This document shows positions 31,701 through 41,831 of a stretch of DNA of 64,000 nt, one piece after another. The stretch's first letter is position 1. Every line of letters begins with the position of its first letter. The notes under the pieces were generated by a model. It saw only the letters and a list, made by a program, of their open reading frames with translations, was not told where the DNA came from and made no database searches. Source of the DNA: a virus (Duplodnaviria; Caudoviricetes); IMG/VR virus record IMGVR_UViG_3300043464_002149; one strand, 5' to 3'. The translations under genes were made by a program, and so were the position numbers.

Positions 31701-34572
31701 TTGTTGCTCCACTTATAATATCAAAATTATCAACTAGATTCCTTTTGTATCTATGATATTGTGCCCCCCATTTTAAAACTAAATGATGTGGGATATAATG
31801 TGTAGCACCAACTTCTTTAAGTAATGCAAACATAAATGTTTTCTTACCATCAAAATCTACAACATCATGTAAATCTTTATAAGGTAAAGAATTTAATAAA
31901 ATATATGCCGAACCAACATATCTACCTTCAGAACCACCCTTTAAAAAGTCATCATATAACTGTTTATGGAAATATGGCGTGTTTAATAAATTTCTAGTGA
32001 AAGTATCGTACTTTATTTGATTAGTAAATAAGTTTTTTTCAAATCCAGACTTAATCCATGCTTTTGGATTTATCGGGGAACTAATGAAATTTTGATCTTC
32101 ATTAACTGTAAAAATACCTCTGTACCCAATACCAGATCCAGCACCAAAAGCATTTAAAGCTAAATTACGAGAAACATAAGATCCATATAAATCAGAGTTA
32201 AAAGGAAATTCTTTTACTCTATATTCTGGTATCACATAAGAATCTAAAGCAGATTGTAATTTTTCAAATTCACTATCTTTTAAGCCATTAGATTCTGGTG
32301 TTTTTGTATAACTTTCAATTTTAAAGCTACTATCGGTGATACTTTTAATATATTCAACGGTAGGTAATTGATCTTGAAAATATGGGAATCTTTCTTTTTC
32401 AGCAAAATCTTTTAATGCTTTAGTTAAATCTGTTGTAGTTTTAATTTTGGTATTTAATAACGCTCTAATATCTGGATCATTTTTTGTTGACCCACTAATA
32501 TTTTTAAATTCATTTTTTACTATTTCATCTAACCCCTTACCATATTCAAAAGTATCAAATGATGTAATCATATTGGCTCTTTCAAATATTTCATATAAGA
32601 CATTTGAAATAGATTTATTTATATATGGTGTTAGTTCAGTTGTTTTTAACGCTGAGCTAACATTATATGTTTCTTTTGTCTCTTCATTTTTATCAAAAAC
32701 GTATAAAATTTCAGACGGAGATATTTCTTTAGCGGTTCCTGGGTCAACTCTTTTGACCGCAACACTGTTATATGTTTCAATAAATTCTACTTCCGGCCAA
32801 ATATTATAATCATTTCCTTTTGTTAAACCAACAATGTCTGGATCAGCAGGATAAAAAAATGTTGGCTTATCGTCTTTACCACTTTTCTTAACTTCCGGCC
32901 ATGGATATATAACCTCTTTTTGATCATCTCCACCTTTAGCAGAATATTTAATATTGTTTTTTCTTAAATCTGATTTCTGTATTGCTTTATTATGTACATC
33001 TTTCATTAATCTAATGTACGTATCGGCATTTGCTAAAATAACCGCAAACACATTTCTTATTGTGGGTTTAAAACCAAAACCAAGACTATCTGTTTGAATA
33101 ACCTGATTCATTTTTTCTTCGACAGCGTTTTCAACTTGGTCTCTTTGTGTTATAAAGGTATTTTGAACTATTTTAATTCTATTAATTAATTTTTCATTAG
33201 ATACTATAATTTGTCCATTACTGATTTTATAAAAATCATTAATATTTCTTATAGAATCTAATGCTATTGTTTTTGTTTCTATACCGTTTTGTAACTTAGC
33301 GCCGGGTAATTTACCAAATGCTAAGTTTTTTTCTAGTTCATCATTATAATATTTTACTATTGATGCTAACGAGTTATTTGTTGTTAACCCAGTAATAATA
33401 TCAAAATTTAATGGTCCTTTAGTTACCTTTGTGCTATCGTTGGTTACTTTATTTAATCTGTAGTAATTTACCGTCACACCAGTTTCAGAACCTATAAATG
33501 GTATCACTTCAAAATCAGGTGGCATATCTTCTTTTATAAGATATCTAGAACCCCATGAAATTATAGCTTTTTCAAATTTATCAAGTGTCTTATCATATTG
33601 TGCCACATCACTTAAAACAGCTGGTTCTATTGTTTGAGAAAATAATTCTTTTTCAATAATTGTATCCAATGCTGTTGCTGTCATTAACAAATCTCTAAGT
33701 GTTTTTACTGGGAAATTTTCTGGAATATAACCTTTAGCTTTGTATTCATCATAAACTGATTTTAATATTGAATATCCCTTTGTTGATTTTGAAACCTTTT
33801 TTTCAACAAAACCAGTTTTTTCATTGAACTTAAGATTTTCTGGTGTCTCAACCATATACATGAAAGGAGCATTTATGATATTTTGTAAAAGAATATCATT
33901 TAAGAATGCATAACTAGAACCAGTAAATTTTGTGGTTATTTCAAAATTACCCGTATTACCATTAAACTTAGATTTAAAATCAATTAATTGAAGTCTGTAT
34001 CTAATTGCTTTTCCATAAAATCCTTTAACTGTTAAATAAAATATTGGCCAGGGTTGGTGAAAGAAAGCTTTATATGGTGAATTGTCTGGTGCATCAAATA
34101 ATGTTTTTCCTCTAACGTCAATAAAATTAATACCAACTTGAGGAATATTATTAGCACCTTTAACTGTAATATTAATTGATTCTATACCAAAAGTTTGTGC
34201 GGATGGATCATAACTTACCCCCTCACCGGTTGTTCTACTTTTTGCCACATTATTATTGGAAACAAATGTCTCTGTCCAATTTGTATCAAAGTTATTTTCA
34301 AACTCGTTTGCTGAATTTTGATTCCTTAATAAATTAAAAGTACCCTCAGCAATAGAAGTTAATGTGTTAGTTTGAGATTCAGAATATAGTACGCTTCTTG
34401 GAACCAAATCGGCTTCAAGGTTAACATACATTACAAGATTTTCGTGATCAATAAATCTAGGCTGCAAATCACCGGATGACGACACTACAGTATTAGGATC
34501 AATGTGTACAATATTTTGTTGATCTACTAATACTAATATGTTTTCATTCTGATTAAGGTTATTATTCGCCAT
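28726..34572 (-). CDS. Giant baseplate hub / tail-tip protein (gp27/GPD-like segments)
   Basis: 1948 aa. TCMGNAMIQPTMYFYL..VPMFMGTYLVFDVSHSI...FETTFTGVR resembles the late-control-D/hub C-terminal pattern; located after the tape measure, tube-initiator-like and X-like genes. Confidence 0.65.
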   Translation of the reverse strand: MANNNLNQNENILVLVDQQNIVHIDPNTVVSSSGDLQPRFIDHENLVMYVNLEADLVPRSVLYSESQTNTLTSIAEGTFNLLRNQNSANEFENNFDTNWTETFVSNNNVAKSRTTGEGVSYDPSAQTFGIESINITVKGANNIPQVGINFIDVRGKTLFDAPDNSPYKAFFHQPWPIFYLTVKGFYGKAIRYRLQLIDFKSKFNGNTGNFEITTKFTGSSYAFLNDILLQNIINAPFMYMVETPENLKFNEKTGFVEKKVSKSTKGYSILKSVYDEYKAKGYIPENFPVKTLRDLLMTATALDTIIEKELFSQTIEPAVLSDVAQYDKTLDKFEKAIISWGSRYLIKEDMPPDFEVIPFIGSETGVTVNYYRLNKVTNDSTKVTKGPLNFDIITGLTTNNSLASIVKYYNDELEKNLAFGKLPGAKLQNGIETKTIALDSIRNINDFYKISNGQIIVSNEKLINRIKIVQNTFITQRDQVENAVEEKMNQVIQTDSLGFGFKPTIRNVFAVILANADTYIRLMKDVHNKAIQKSDLRKNNIKYSAKGGDDQKEVIYPWPEVKKSGKDDKPTFFYPADPDIVGLTKGNDYNIWPEVEFIETYNSVAVKRVDPGTAKEISPSEILYVFDKNEETKETYNVSSALKTTELTPYINKSISNVLYEIFERANMITSFDTFEYGKGLDEIVKNEFKNISGSTKNDPDIRALLNTKIKTTTDLTKALKDFAEKERFPYFQDQLPTVEYIKSITDSSFKIESYTKTPESNGLKDSEFEKLQSALDSYVIPEYRVKEFPFNSDLYGSYVSRNLALNAFGAGSGIGYRGIFTVNEDQNFISSPINPKAWIKSGFEKNLFTNQIKYDTFTRNLLNTPYFHKQLYDDFLKGGSEGRYVGSAYILLNSLPYKDLHDVVDFDGKKTFMFALLKEVGATHYIPHHLVLKWGAQYHRYKRNLVDNFDIISGATIPISGSTFFDNGKNVLFNLTGNTTPNQTGITNTITGATYNSNLYTGLYPYYHGLYSQIVNGYSFYNPEGFTKTESIGLSSLLLAAISATQYSASVTSGITKFVISKPTNNSGNTFTCLVDNSKFSAKDNRYTLLPSFNANQIDDIVNNFNPLTQDSFRIIYDSNSLKTNPSYSTAYFPNYGEKFENINDEYSLNGNKKRVMDLIAVFGPDILDEFEKMFIEFASLDLDLDTKRETIDYGSFQSLLKEITSISKDGIDFNTEGYESKIKENQTKKLEELTNALLNTRALDKVTIGNPRQIDNYVLFGYVGRTKTYTVNSFNSSQLTTANQKLIELYVGQNITGATYSGISTNLYHHFFQISDIEVTPENIYEHRELARIYAGWVKSQIQDTPGFSPNYTDFKNYLESKLVLPQINRREIYLGNLIRKFTDLKEETNQGKVTIYHGFNETKTTLLDLYQFFKSFNDKWISGNAIGQRSLMDEFLFLDRANRDIGDEAYISLERLISLADEKNIKIDLYSAVSLLIQGTNFDLRPLPAYVNFYGTNSGNKKKILPSKNIAKTLFGTHLDVDYQESSPKIILQYINKTSQYLDMTRVSKEYKFKNDGFDIKNPNGNPLLIEPKIFMEADLSKSNRVVSFEINFGDQAQNIFKNISLDQSTYKNTTESALAQERLARSQGGGGSHSVDIGLFDIYKTASYQCTVTCMGNAMIQPTMYFYLANVPMFMGTYLVFDVSHSIKQGTFETTFTGVRISSSSLPSLESSFMSSYRPLFSRILSAAVKKKQQANQLQTSVKTLTTADNKSFTIDPGAPERGEDLNNIVKKSGFLFTDLIPYNGQQIDGKPEQYIQLITHKNEEWLRTKVCVLGAGKYTPLKDGSPADLSLVSSWKASPNKIIKLSTINELYENYSIRANVTNKNKETIFEYDTVFYSPKNGTEYKLETRVDPNAGLFEGPIHNGPSISDATYGKFGAALSPTLMRKLKLVEGDVVYIKYIKI

Positions 34573-34882
34573 AATATAGTCTATACAATTCTACGCCCTT
34601 TTTATAATCTTGTAAAGAATTAACCAAAGGAAAAGGTATTCTAACAATCGAATTATCAGGAATTTCAAATTCTACTGAACCTAGTTTAGGATTTGCTGTC
34701 ATTATTAACCAACTGAATAATGGTGTACCATAATATTCTTGTGATATTTTATCTAAACGGTCTTTACCTTTTTTGTACTTAAAGAATTTGTCCGTTGACT
34801 TTTGTGGAATCTCTATACCAGGAACAATTTTATGTTCACCGTCTTCTAGAAAATAGTCATATCTATTAAAATATTGGTTCAT
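34562..34882 (-). CDS. LysM-like baseplate protein (P2 gpX / T4 gp53-like)
   Basis: YKKGKDRLDKISQEYYGTPLFSWLIMTANP...IRIP. Confidence 0.8.
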   Translation of the reverse strand: MNQYFNRYDYFLEDGEHKIVPGIEIPQKSTDKFFKYKKGKDRLDKISQEYYGTPLFSWLIMTANPKLGSVEFEIPDNSIVRIPFPLVNSLQDYKKGVELYRLYYGE

Positions 34883-37800
34883 TATTTACTTGGTTTTAAA
34901 AAGTTTAATTTAACACCATCGGATTTACTACTGGTCGCATGTACTTTATCAAGAATTTCAGCTTCTTGTGTGGTTAAACTTCCTGTTATTGTAATATCAA
35001 CTGGCTTTACTTCTTTTTTAAGTTTAGCTTCTTTGTACTTAAATTTATTTTTATCTGAATCTGATTTGTTATCTTTAATAAATCTCTCAACTCTTCTTTC
35101 AATCTTATTCACCGCATTTTTATCAAAAAACTTATCGTCGACTGAATCTTCATATAATTTTTTAATATCCGTAACGTTGTCCTTTATAATGAATGCAAGT
35201 ACTTTTTTATAAAGTGTATCATCAAAAGATGGTGAAGCAAAATTAATTGAAGTATCTATTTCATTTGTGAATAGAGAATGTTTATCTTTTATCAGTTTTA
35301 TTGCTTCGTCATATTGGTCATAAAATTTACCTCCATCAAAATTACTCAATGTGGCAACAACAGTATTCTTATTATCAAATTTAGCATCTTTACCATTAGT
35401 TTTCATGATAAAATTAAGTCTATCAACAGAATCTATTAATTTATTTCTGTTTTGTTCTAATTGACCTACAGACTTATCATCTTTAACCTTATTTAAAAAT
35501 TCAGTTACTCGAGTTTTAATATATGGATCAATAATCTCTCTAGATCTTTTATATTTTTCTTGTGAATTACTATTGATGTCTAAATCTAAAATAGCATTAT
35601 GATCTGATGAGTTAACTTTTTCTAATAATGACGATTCTAATCTTTGATAAAGGTTTGCAAAATCAACCAATTTAGCATATTCGCCTAAAAGATTAACTTG
35701 TATTGTACTTGATATTGTGTTTTGTACATCCAATTGATTAATCGTTCTGTATGTAGGTGAAATGAATATCGGTAAAATTTCTTTTCCGTAAGTATCTAAT
35801 AATGTTGTATATGTATTTTTAAATGTATTAAAATACTCATTTGTTGATTTTATCACCCCGCTAATAACTTCTTTGTAATCCATCTTAGTTTCACTTTGTG
35901 AACCAATGAATTTACCTTCAGCTTTAACTTTATCTTCTGTTGGGACTCCCGCAATATCTGGTGTCTTAATACCGGCAGTTAATTTTTCTAAGAAGTCCAC
36001 ATTGAATTTTTGTAAACTTTCTTGATCAACAGTTGAATCTGCTCTATAATCATACACCTCAGTGTTTGCAAAGAAGTTTGAACTTAACGCATTTTGAAGT
36101 TTAGCAACTGGTTCTTTAATTCCTTGACCACCAATAAAATTAACTTGTAATGTTACATCAGCAACCATTGGTTGTACACCAATACCTTCTGGGTTTAAAT
36201 CCCAAGTACTATTTTCATATGTTATATTCATGTTTGTGATGATTACTTTTGAATGGTAAAAATCACCTATTCTTAATACACAAACTGGTGGCGGACCAAA
36301 TGTTGTGTTTCTAGCATCAACAACGGTACCACTAATATCCGTACCTAATTTTTTAACCGGTATAGTATCACCTGGACGAATACATTGATGCAAGAATGTT
36401 AATCTAGCATTTAATCCTTCAGGTGTCATTGAGTGAAACGCTGGGTGAAAATATCTTAATTTTTCTTTTAAACTACCAAAAACAACAGGATCTGTCTCTT
36501 CTAATTTTTTAAAATAGAAGCATTCAGATAACGCTTTCATTATAAGTTTTTTTACAACATCTAATGGCGGTCTTTTTTTCTTAATAGTTGTATTTTCTGT
36601 AATAACGGTTTTTCCTGGGGTAATAGTTGTTGTACCAGGTATATATTTTGTTTCTTGATCCTTGCTTCCTTCCGTTGATGTTTTTTGTTCATATGACATC
36701 TTAAGACTAGCAGACCTACAGTAAAAAGTAATTGGAGCGTATTTTTTTAAACCAGTTTTATTTTTAATTTCTTTAGTATGACAATCAAATTTTTCTGGAC
36801 CAGTGGTTGTCGAATTTTCACCTTTATTAACAAATGAAACAACTAAACCACCTTCAATATCTTCTCCGTAACCTAATTTTTTAAGATCAATTGTTACGGT
36901 TTGTGTTGTTTGTTCTGGGTTTGAATCTAATTCACTAACTGTTTTATCCCATTTATAATCAGGAATACTACTAGGGTTTTTTGCTATAGATTTTAAAATA
37001 TATTTTATCAAACTATCAGATCTTCTGTGAGACAGTTTAATATTATATTTGTCATCAGCAACAAATGATGTTGATGATTCAATTGTTAATGATATTTGTT
37101 TTACATTATTTTTTTCTAATTCACCTTTAAGTGTTGCTGTTGCACCACTAATAACACCAAAATTTGTTTGTAGTTCAGTAAAAGCTTTTTCTATTTGAGT
37201 CTTTTTATCATTAATTAATGTTGATGTCGTTATAGTACCACCATTAGTTGGATCTTCTGAACCAAAAATAATAACTCTGTCATGCTTATTATCTTTAGTG
37301 TTAGTTGATAATATTGTATTCAGACCGCTAGCTAGATTGTTTTTAAAACTTTCTTTATCTCCATAGTATTTGTTATATACACCATCATATGGTGTATCAG
37401 CATATAAACTAGTTGATTGACCTGGAACATCATTTGGGAAATAAACTACGTTATCAGTAAATAAATCAACCAAACTACTACCGCCACTTCCAGGTGTTGT
37501 TTGTTGACTTGGTATTGGTTGTGGTTGTGTTGTAACCACATCTCCGGCAGTATAATTAAATTCTAAAGATGTTGTAATATCTTCTCTTTTGTTATCTCTA
37601 TAAAACTCAAGATAAGACATAATTAATTCTATATCAGATGGATCTAATGTTATATATTTTCTAACTAACGTATAAAAATCAACATCATAACATCCAGCAA
37701 AAAATGAATTTAAAAAGTTCTCAGCTTCTTCATCTGTTATTTCTTTAACTAAAAGATTTAAAATACTAGGATGATCCACAATAACCTTAAAAGATATTGT

Positions 37801-39681
37801 ACCACTTCTTTCAGTATTTTGATATGTGTATATTGGTTCTGGTCTTCCTAGAAAACTATTTTTATCCCAGTTGGCACTGTTGTTTTCATTTACCTTTAAA
37901 TCATAAGGTGGAAACCACATAACTCTACCCCCATTTTGTCCTCTTTCACATATTGGTAAATCATTAACTGTATATCCAAATTTGTTTGATGTTTTCCATG
38001 CTAGATTTTCTAGTGAAAACATATATTTTTTTGCTTTACCTTGTATACCATCAATGTTTGTTGATCCAACAAATGAACCATTACCATTTGACATTGGTGC
38101 TATGTTTAAATTCCAAGGTGTGCTTAAAACACTATCTTCAATTTTTCTAATAGTACCAGTTTTCTTCATGGTGTCTGAATAGTTCATATACGCCCTGTCC
38201 TTAGTCCATACTCTACAATATTCAGAACCATCTTGTGCTCCTGTGTTTTTATTTACATAAACAACCGCAGAACCTCTAGATATCATTTTTGTTCCTTCTC
38301 TAAAAATTCTAGATGTTTGATCAATAACATTAGCAACATGTGATCTAGCCTCACCACCATTTTTAGGTAGTGAATCTAATAACTGTTGTGTTTTACCTAA
38401 AATTGAATCCTCTCTAAAAGTGTGCTTGGTAGATAAACTATCTTCAAAAACACCTCTTTCTGATGAATACTCAACATTATCTTTACCTAATTTATTTTGA
38501 GAACTTCTACTATACCATGTCAACTTTCCAGGAATAGCACCTCTTTCTGAAATATTTTTTTCGTTTGAAAATAATTCAGTTGCTTTAGAATCAAATTTAT
38601 ATGAAAGATAATACGGACTTAATACTTTGTTTTGATTAAAGTCTTCTAAAATATTCTTAATATTATCTCCTCTATCGTCACCAATATATGCTTTACCTTC
38701 TGGTGCTTCTCTACCTAAAATTTTATTTACACCACCAGCAACACGATCAACAAAATTAAATAATTTACTTGTGTTTTGTGATCTAGCTCTTGTTGTGTAA
38801 TTCGGTGCGTATGTTGAATATGATAAGTTATCAAATAAAATATCTTTTTGACCATCACTTAAATATTCTATCATTAAGTCTGATGGTTTTCTACTTGGTG
38901 ATGGTCTTCTTTGTATACCTAATAGTGAACCTAATACACCTGTAGCGTCTTGAAATAATTTTCCTAACTCACTTTTTGGTACCGGTCTGTTTACAACTGG
39001 ATTTGCTGGATTAGTTAAATAATCACCAGGTATTTCAGAAAATGGAAATTCAACACCGCTTACTGTTTGTAAAAAATCAATAGCTTTACCTGGTAAAGTT
39101 CTTGCTACAGTAATTTTATAATTTTTTTCAATTAATCTTTCTCTACCTCTAACAATGTTAATTGCTGATGATAGATTACCATTAACAGCATCTATAATTC
39201 TTGCTCTACCTACTGTTGCTGTATATAAATTTTGTCTAATTCTTGATTGAACTGGACCATCTGGTGATTCTAATAAATGATAGTTAGCAAATTTTGCTAA
39301 TTGTGATTCAAATTCATAATTACCAGAATCTAATGCACCAATTAAACTTCTACCTAATATCCCACTTGAAATAGGGAAATATGGATATATTCCAAGATTA
39401 CCAGCAGGGTCAATTAAAACTCTAATATTTTCTAAAACTTCATATTGACTGTTTTCTGGGCCAAATCTATTATTGTTATCTGTTAAAACTAATTGTGACG
39501 CTCTAGATGTTTGATCATTTAATGTAACATCACCTTGATCTCTATTTGATTGATTCAAGGTATTTTGAATAGAATAGTTAGACGTGTTAAAAGTTTGTGG
39601 CCCATTTGGTTGTTGTAGGGTCTTGGCTAATAACGCATCTCTAAAGCTTTTTGTAGAATTAAAATCTAAGTAACTTGGCAT
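34882..39681 (-). CDS. Large baseplate / tube-initiator protein with an inserted OmpA-like peptidoglycan-binding domain
   Basis: Tube-initiator-like motifs FLGRPEPIYTYQNTERSGTISF and PPPVCVLRIGDFY. OmpA-like VYFPND...ESSTS...YNIKLSHRRSDSL...KGE. Confidence 0.7.
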   Translation of the reverse strand: MPSYLDFNSTKSFRDALLAKTLQQPNGPQTFNTSNYSIQNTLNQSNRDQGDVTLNDQTSRASQLVLTDNNNRFGPENSQYEVLENIRVLIDPAGNLGIYPYFPISSGILGRSLIGALDSGNYEFESQLAKFANYHLLESPDGPVQSRIRQNLYTATVGRARIIDAVNGNLSSAINIVRGRERLIEKNYKITVARTLPGKAIDFLQTVSGVEFPFSEIPGDYLTNPANPVVNRPVPKSELGKLFQDATGVLGSLLGIQRRPSPSRKPSDLMIEYLSDGQKDILFDNLSYSTYAPNYTTRARSQNTSKLFNFVDRVAGGVNKILGREAPEGKAYIGDDRGDNIKNILEDFNQNKVLSPYYLSYKFDSKATELFSNEKNISERGAIPGKLTWYSRSSQNKLGKDNVEYSSERGVFEDSLSTKHTFREDSILGKTQQLLDSLPKNGGEARSHVANVIDQTSRIFREGTKMISRGSAVVYVNKNTGAQDGSEYCRVWTKDRAYMNYSDTMKKTGTIRKIEDSVLSTPWNLNIAPMSNGNGSFVGSTNIDGIQGKAKKYMFSLENLAWKTSNKFGYTVNDLPICERGQNGGRVMWFPPYDLKVNENNSANWDKNSFLGRPEPIYTYQNTERSGTISFKVIVDHPSILNLLVKEITDEEAENFLNSFFAGCYDVDFYTLVRKYITLDPSDIELIMSYLEFYRDNKREDITTSLEFNYTAGDVVTTQPQPIPSQQTTPGSGGSSLVDLFTDNVVYFPNDVPGQSTSLYADTPYDGVYNKYYGDKESFKNNLASGLNTILSTNTKDNKHDRVIIFGSEDPTNGGTITTSTLINDKKTQIEKAFTELQTNFGVISGATATLKGELEKNNVKQISLTIESSTSFVADDKYNIKLSHRRSDSLIKYILKSIAKNPSSIPDYKWDKTVSELDSNPEQTTQTVTIDLKKLGYGEDIEGGLVVSFVNKGENSTTTGPEKFDCHTKEIKNKTGLKKYAPITFYCRSASLKMSYEQKTSTEGSKDQETKYIPGTTTITPGKTVITENTTIKKKRPPLDVVKKLIMKALSECFYFKKLEETDPVVFGSLKEKLRYFHPAFHSMTPEGLNARLTFLHQCIRPGDTIPVKKLGTDISGTVVDARNTTFGPPPVCVLRIGDFYHSKVIITNMNITYENSTWDLNPEGIGVQPMVADVTLQVNFIGGQGIKEPVAKLQNALSSNFFANTEVYDYRADSTVDQESLQKFNVDFLEKLTAGIKTPDIAGVPTEDKVKAEGKFIGSQSETKMDYKEVISGVIKSTNEYFNTFKNTYTTLLDTYGKEILPIFISPTYRTINQLDVQNTISSTIQVNLLGEYAKLVDFANLYQRLESSLLEKVNSSDHNAILDLDINSNSQEKYKRSREIIDPYIKTRVTEFLNKVKDDKSVGQLEQNRNKLIDSVDRLNFIMKTNGKDAKFDNKNTVVATLSNFDGGKFYDQYDEAIKLIKDKHSLFTNEIDTSINFASPSFDDTLYKKVLAFIIKDNVTDIKKLYEDSVDDKFFDKNAVNKIERRVERFIKDNKSDSDKNKFKYKEAKLKKEVKPVDITITGSLTTQEAEILDKVHATSSKSDGVKLNFLKPSK

Positions 39682-39720
39682 CTATTCTTTTATCTAATAA
39701 ATAGATAATTTATTATTTTA

Positions 39721-41664
39721 CTATGCGTAGGCTTTAGTGTTTTTAACAATGTTAGAAACAAACTCAGCTTTTAATTGTGGATTTTTTGATATTTCATCAA
39801 CAACAATTCCAGCTAGTTGGGTACTGCTACTATTAATATCAACTTTTATGTCAATTGAGCCAAAGAATTCTTTAGCATCTTTATACATTTCTTTTCCCTT
39901 TTCAACACCCTTTTCCATCAACTCTTTTGCTTTTGGAATATACTCATCAATAGTTTCCTGAGTTTTCTTCATTCCTTGTTGAGCAGCATCAATAATACCA
40001 TTATCTTCCGCAAATTCTTTAAATTTATCTAAATATGGTTGAGCACTAGCTTTAATAGCATCCATAGCTTGGTCTTCTGCTAAAGCTTTTAATTGTTTCA
40101 TACTCATTTTTGATGCATCGAATGTGTCATATAAAAAATCCGATCCAGCTTGAATTTTGTCTTTTGTTTTAACACCAAGGTCACTTCTTCTTAAATCACT
40201 TTGACCTCTTAGATATATTGAAGTAACAAGAGACATAATTTGTGTGGTAGCATTTAATTGTTGTCTAGCTATGTCTTTTGTTGATAGCTTTTCATTTTGT
40301 TCCTGTAACTTTTGTAGTTTTTCAACCTGATCAGATGATAAATCATCTATTGAAACAAAACCATCAACAAGATTGGTAATACCCATTTGAGCGGCCATAT
40401 CTTTTGGTAAGTCAAAACCAACTTTACCGTCTTTCATTGTTGCTAGATTTGAAACAAATTCTTTTTGTTCATCACTTAATTTAGGGAACATATCTAATTG
40501 AGACATTGCTTCGAACTTAGCAGCACCTTTAACGGCCATATTTGTCAGTTCGCCCATTGATATACCTAAAGCATCAGACATAGCTTTAGCACGTCTTAAA
40601 TTAGCCCCAGATACCTCAAATCTACCTTGTTCAGCGTTATATGTTGCTAAACTTCTAGCCGCCCCTATAATACTTGTTTGTAATGATTCAACATTATTTG
40701 TTGCATCATACATTAATTTAATTGGATCGCTTAAATCACCAAATGCTCCCCCAACAACTTGTAAATTTGCTGCAAGGCTGATAGCACTTTCTGGATCATA
40801 TAGTTTATCTGCAACCTTAAGCACATCATCCATATTAATTTTAAGTGATTGTGCTTCTTGAACCATTTTACCTAAACCTTTAATTCCGTTTTGAAAACCA
40901 TAAGCATTTAAAGCACCTAAATTTTTAATTAAAGTTTCGGAAGTTGCTTTGGCACTAAGACCCATATTAACAGATCTTTTTCCAATATCTTCAATTGCTC
41001 TTGCAGCATCACTTAATCCTAATCCAACATTTCTAAATCCCTCAGCATTTTCTAAAAGTATTCTAGAGTTTTTAGTATATGCCATTGAGGCTTCCATTCC
41101 AGCATAAATTGTGTTTTCGCTGTATAATGCCATTCTTTCTGAGTTTACCATTAAACTTTCAGTAGCATCTATAAAATCATTAACACTTACACCAAGTCTT
41201 GTTGTTGCAATCATAGCTTCATTAAGACCTTCTAACATTTGAGTACCAACTTCACCGACATAACCAGCAGAACCCCTTGTTGATTTAATTAAATCATCTT
41301 GTGTTTGTGCTAAATCACTCATTAAAGTTTTTGCGCCATCTAAACCTAAAGCCAGAACATTCTTAACCAATGCAATAGGATTTATTGCCATTGATTTATT
41401 TAAACCGTCAATAATACCTTTTACAGTATCAACACTAATTCTAGATTTAGTGGATGATAATCTATCATAAAACCCTGCAGCTGCAGCATCCCCCACTTTT
41501 TTTAATAAATTAGCATCTGGACCCGTAAAACTAGAACTAGAACCAGAACCACTTTTAGCGGCAGCATTTAATCTTTTGTTTAAATAATCATTGATTTCAC
41601 CAGGTGTATACTTGCCTGATTTTTCAGCTAATTCCCTTACCGCTTGATCTGATAATGTTGACAT
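39721..41664 (-). CDS. Tape measure protein
   Basis: Ala/Gly/Met-rich helical 647-aa protein (FESAI-like YDPESAISLAANLQVVGG) directly downstream of the chaperone pair and tube gene. Confidence 0.75.
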   Translation of the reverse strand: MSTLSDQAVRELAEKSGKYTPGEINDYLNKRLNAAAKSGSGSSSSFTGPDANLLKKVGDAAAAGFYDRLSSTKSRISVDTVKGIIDGLNKSMAINPIALVKNVLALGLDGAKTLMSDLAQTQDDLIKSTRGSAGYVGEVGTQMLEGLNEAMIATTRLGVSVNDFIDATESLMVNSERMALYSENTIYAGMEASMAYTKNSRILLENAEGFRNVGLGLSDAARAIEDIGKRSVNMGLSAKATSETLIKNLGALNAYGFQNGIKGLGKMVQEAQSLKINMDDVLKVADKLYDPESAISLAANLQVVGGAFGDLSDPIKLMYDATNNVESLQTSIIGAARSLATYNAEQGRFEVSGANLRRAKAMSDALGISMGELTNMAVKGAAKFEAMSQLDMFPKLSDEQKEFVSNLATMKDGKVGFDLPKDMAAQMGITNLVDGFVSIDDLSSDQVEKLQKLQEQNEKLSTKDIARQQLNATTQIMSLVTSIYLRGQSDLRRSDLGVKTKDKIQAGSDFLYDTFDASKMSMKQLKALAEDQAMDAIKASAQPYLDKFKEFAEDNGIIDAAQQGMKKTQETIDEYIPKAKELMEKGVEKGKEMYKDAKEFFGSIDIKVDINSSSTQLAGIVVDEISKNPQLKAEFVSNIVKNTKAYA

Positions 41665-41696
41665 ATTTTATATTAAACTATATAAGAATAAATAGT

Positions 41697-41831
41697 TTAA
41701 TCATTCTTTTCCATGAAATAACTAATAATACTATTTCTTTCATGTACAGGAAGGATTAAAACATCATGATATGTAAATCCTTTAGTTAGTAAAAAAAGTA
41801 TAGATTCAATCTGGTACTTTTTATATGCCAT
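41697..41831 (-). CDS. Small gp51-like / tail chaperone extension ORF (44 aa), probably reached by a +1 frameshift
   Basis: Absent from the ORF track (<60 aa). Translates to MAYKKYQIESILFLLTKGFTYHDVLILPVHERNSIISYFMEKND. It resembles the gp51-like Y-S-x-x-E-x-x-x-M-x-P-W-E-R pattern and overlaps the end of the upstream chaperone gene. Confidence 0.7.
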   Translation of the reverse strand: MAYKKYQIESILFLLTKGFTYHDVLILPVHERNSIISYFMEKND

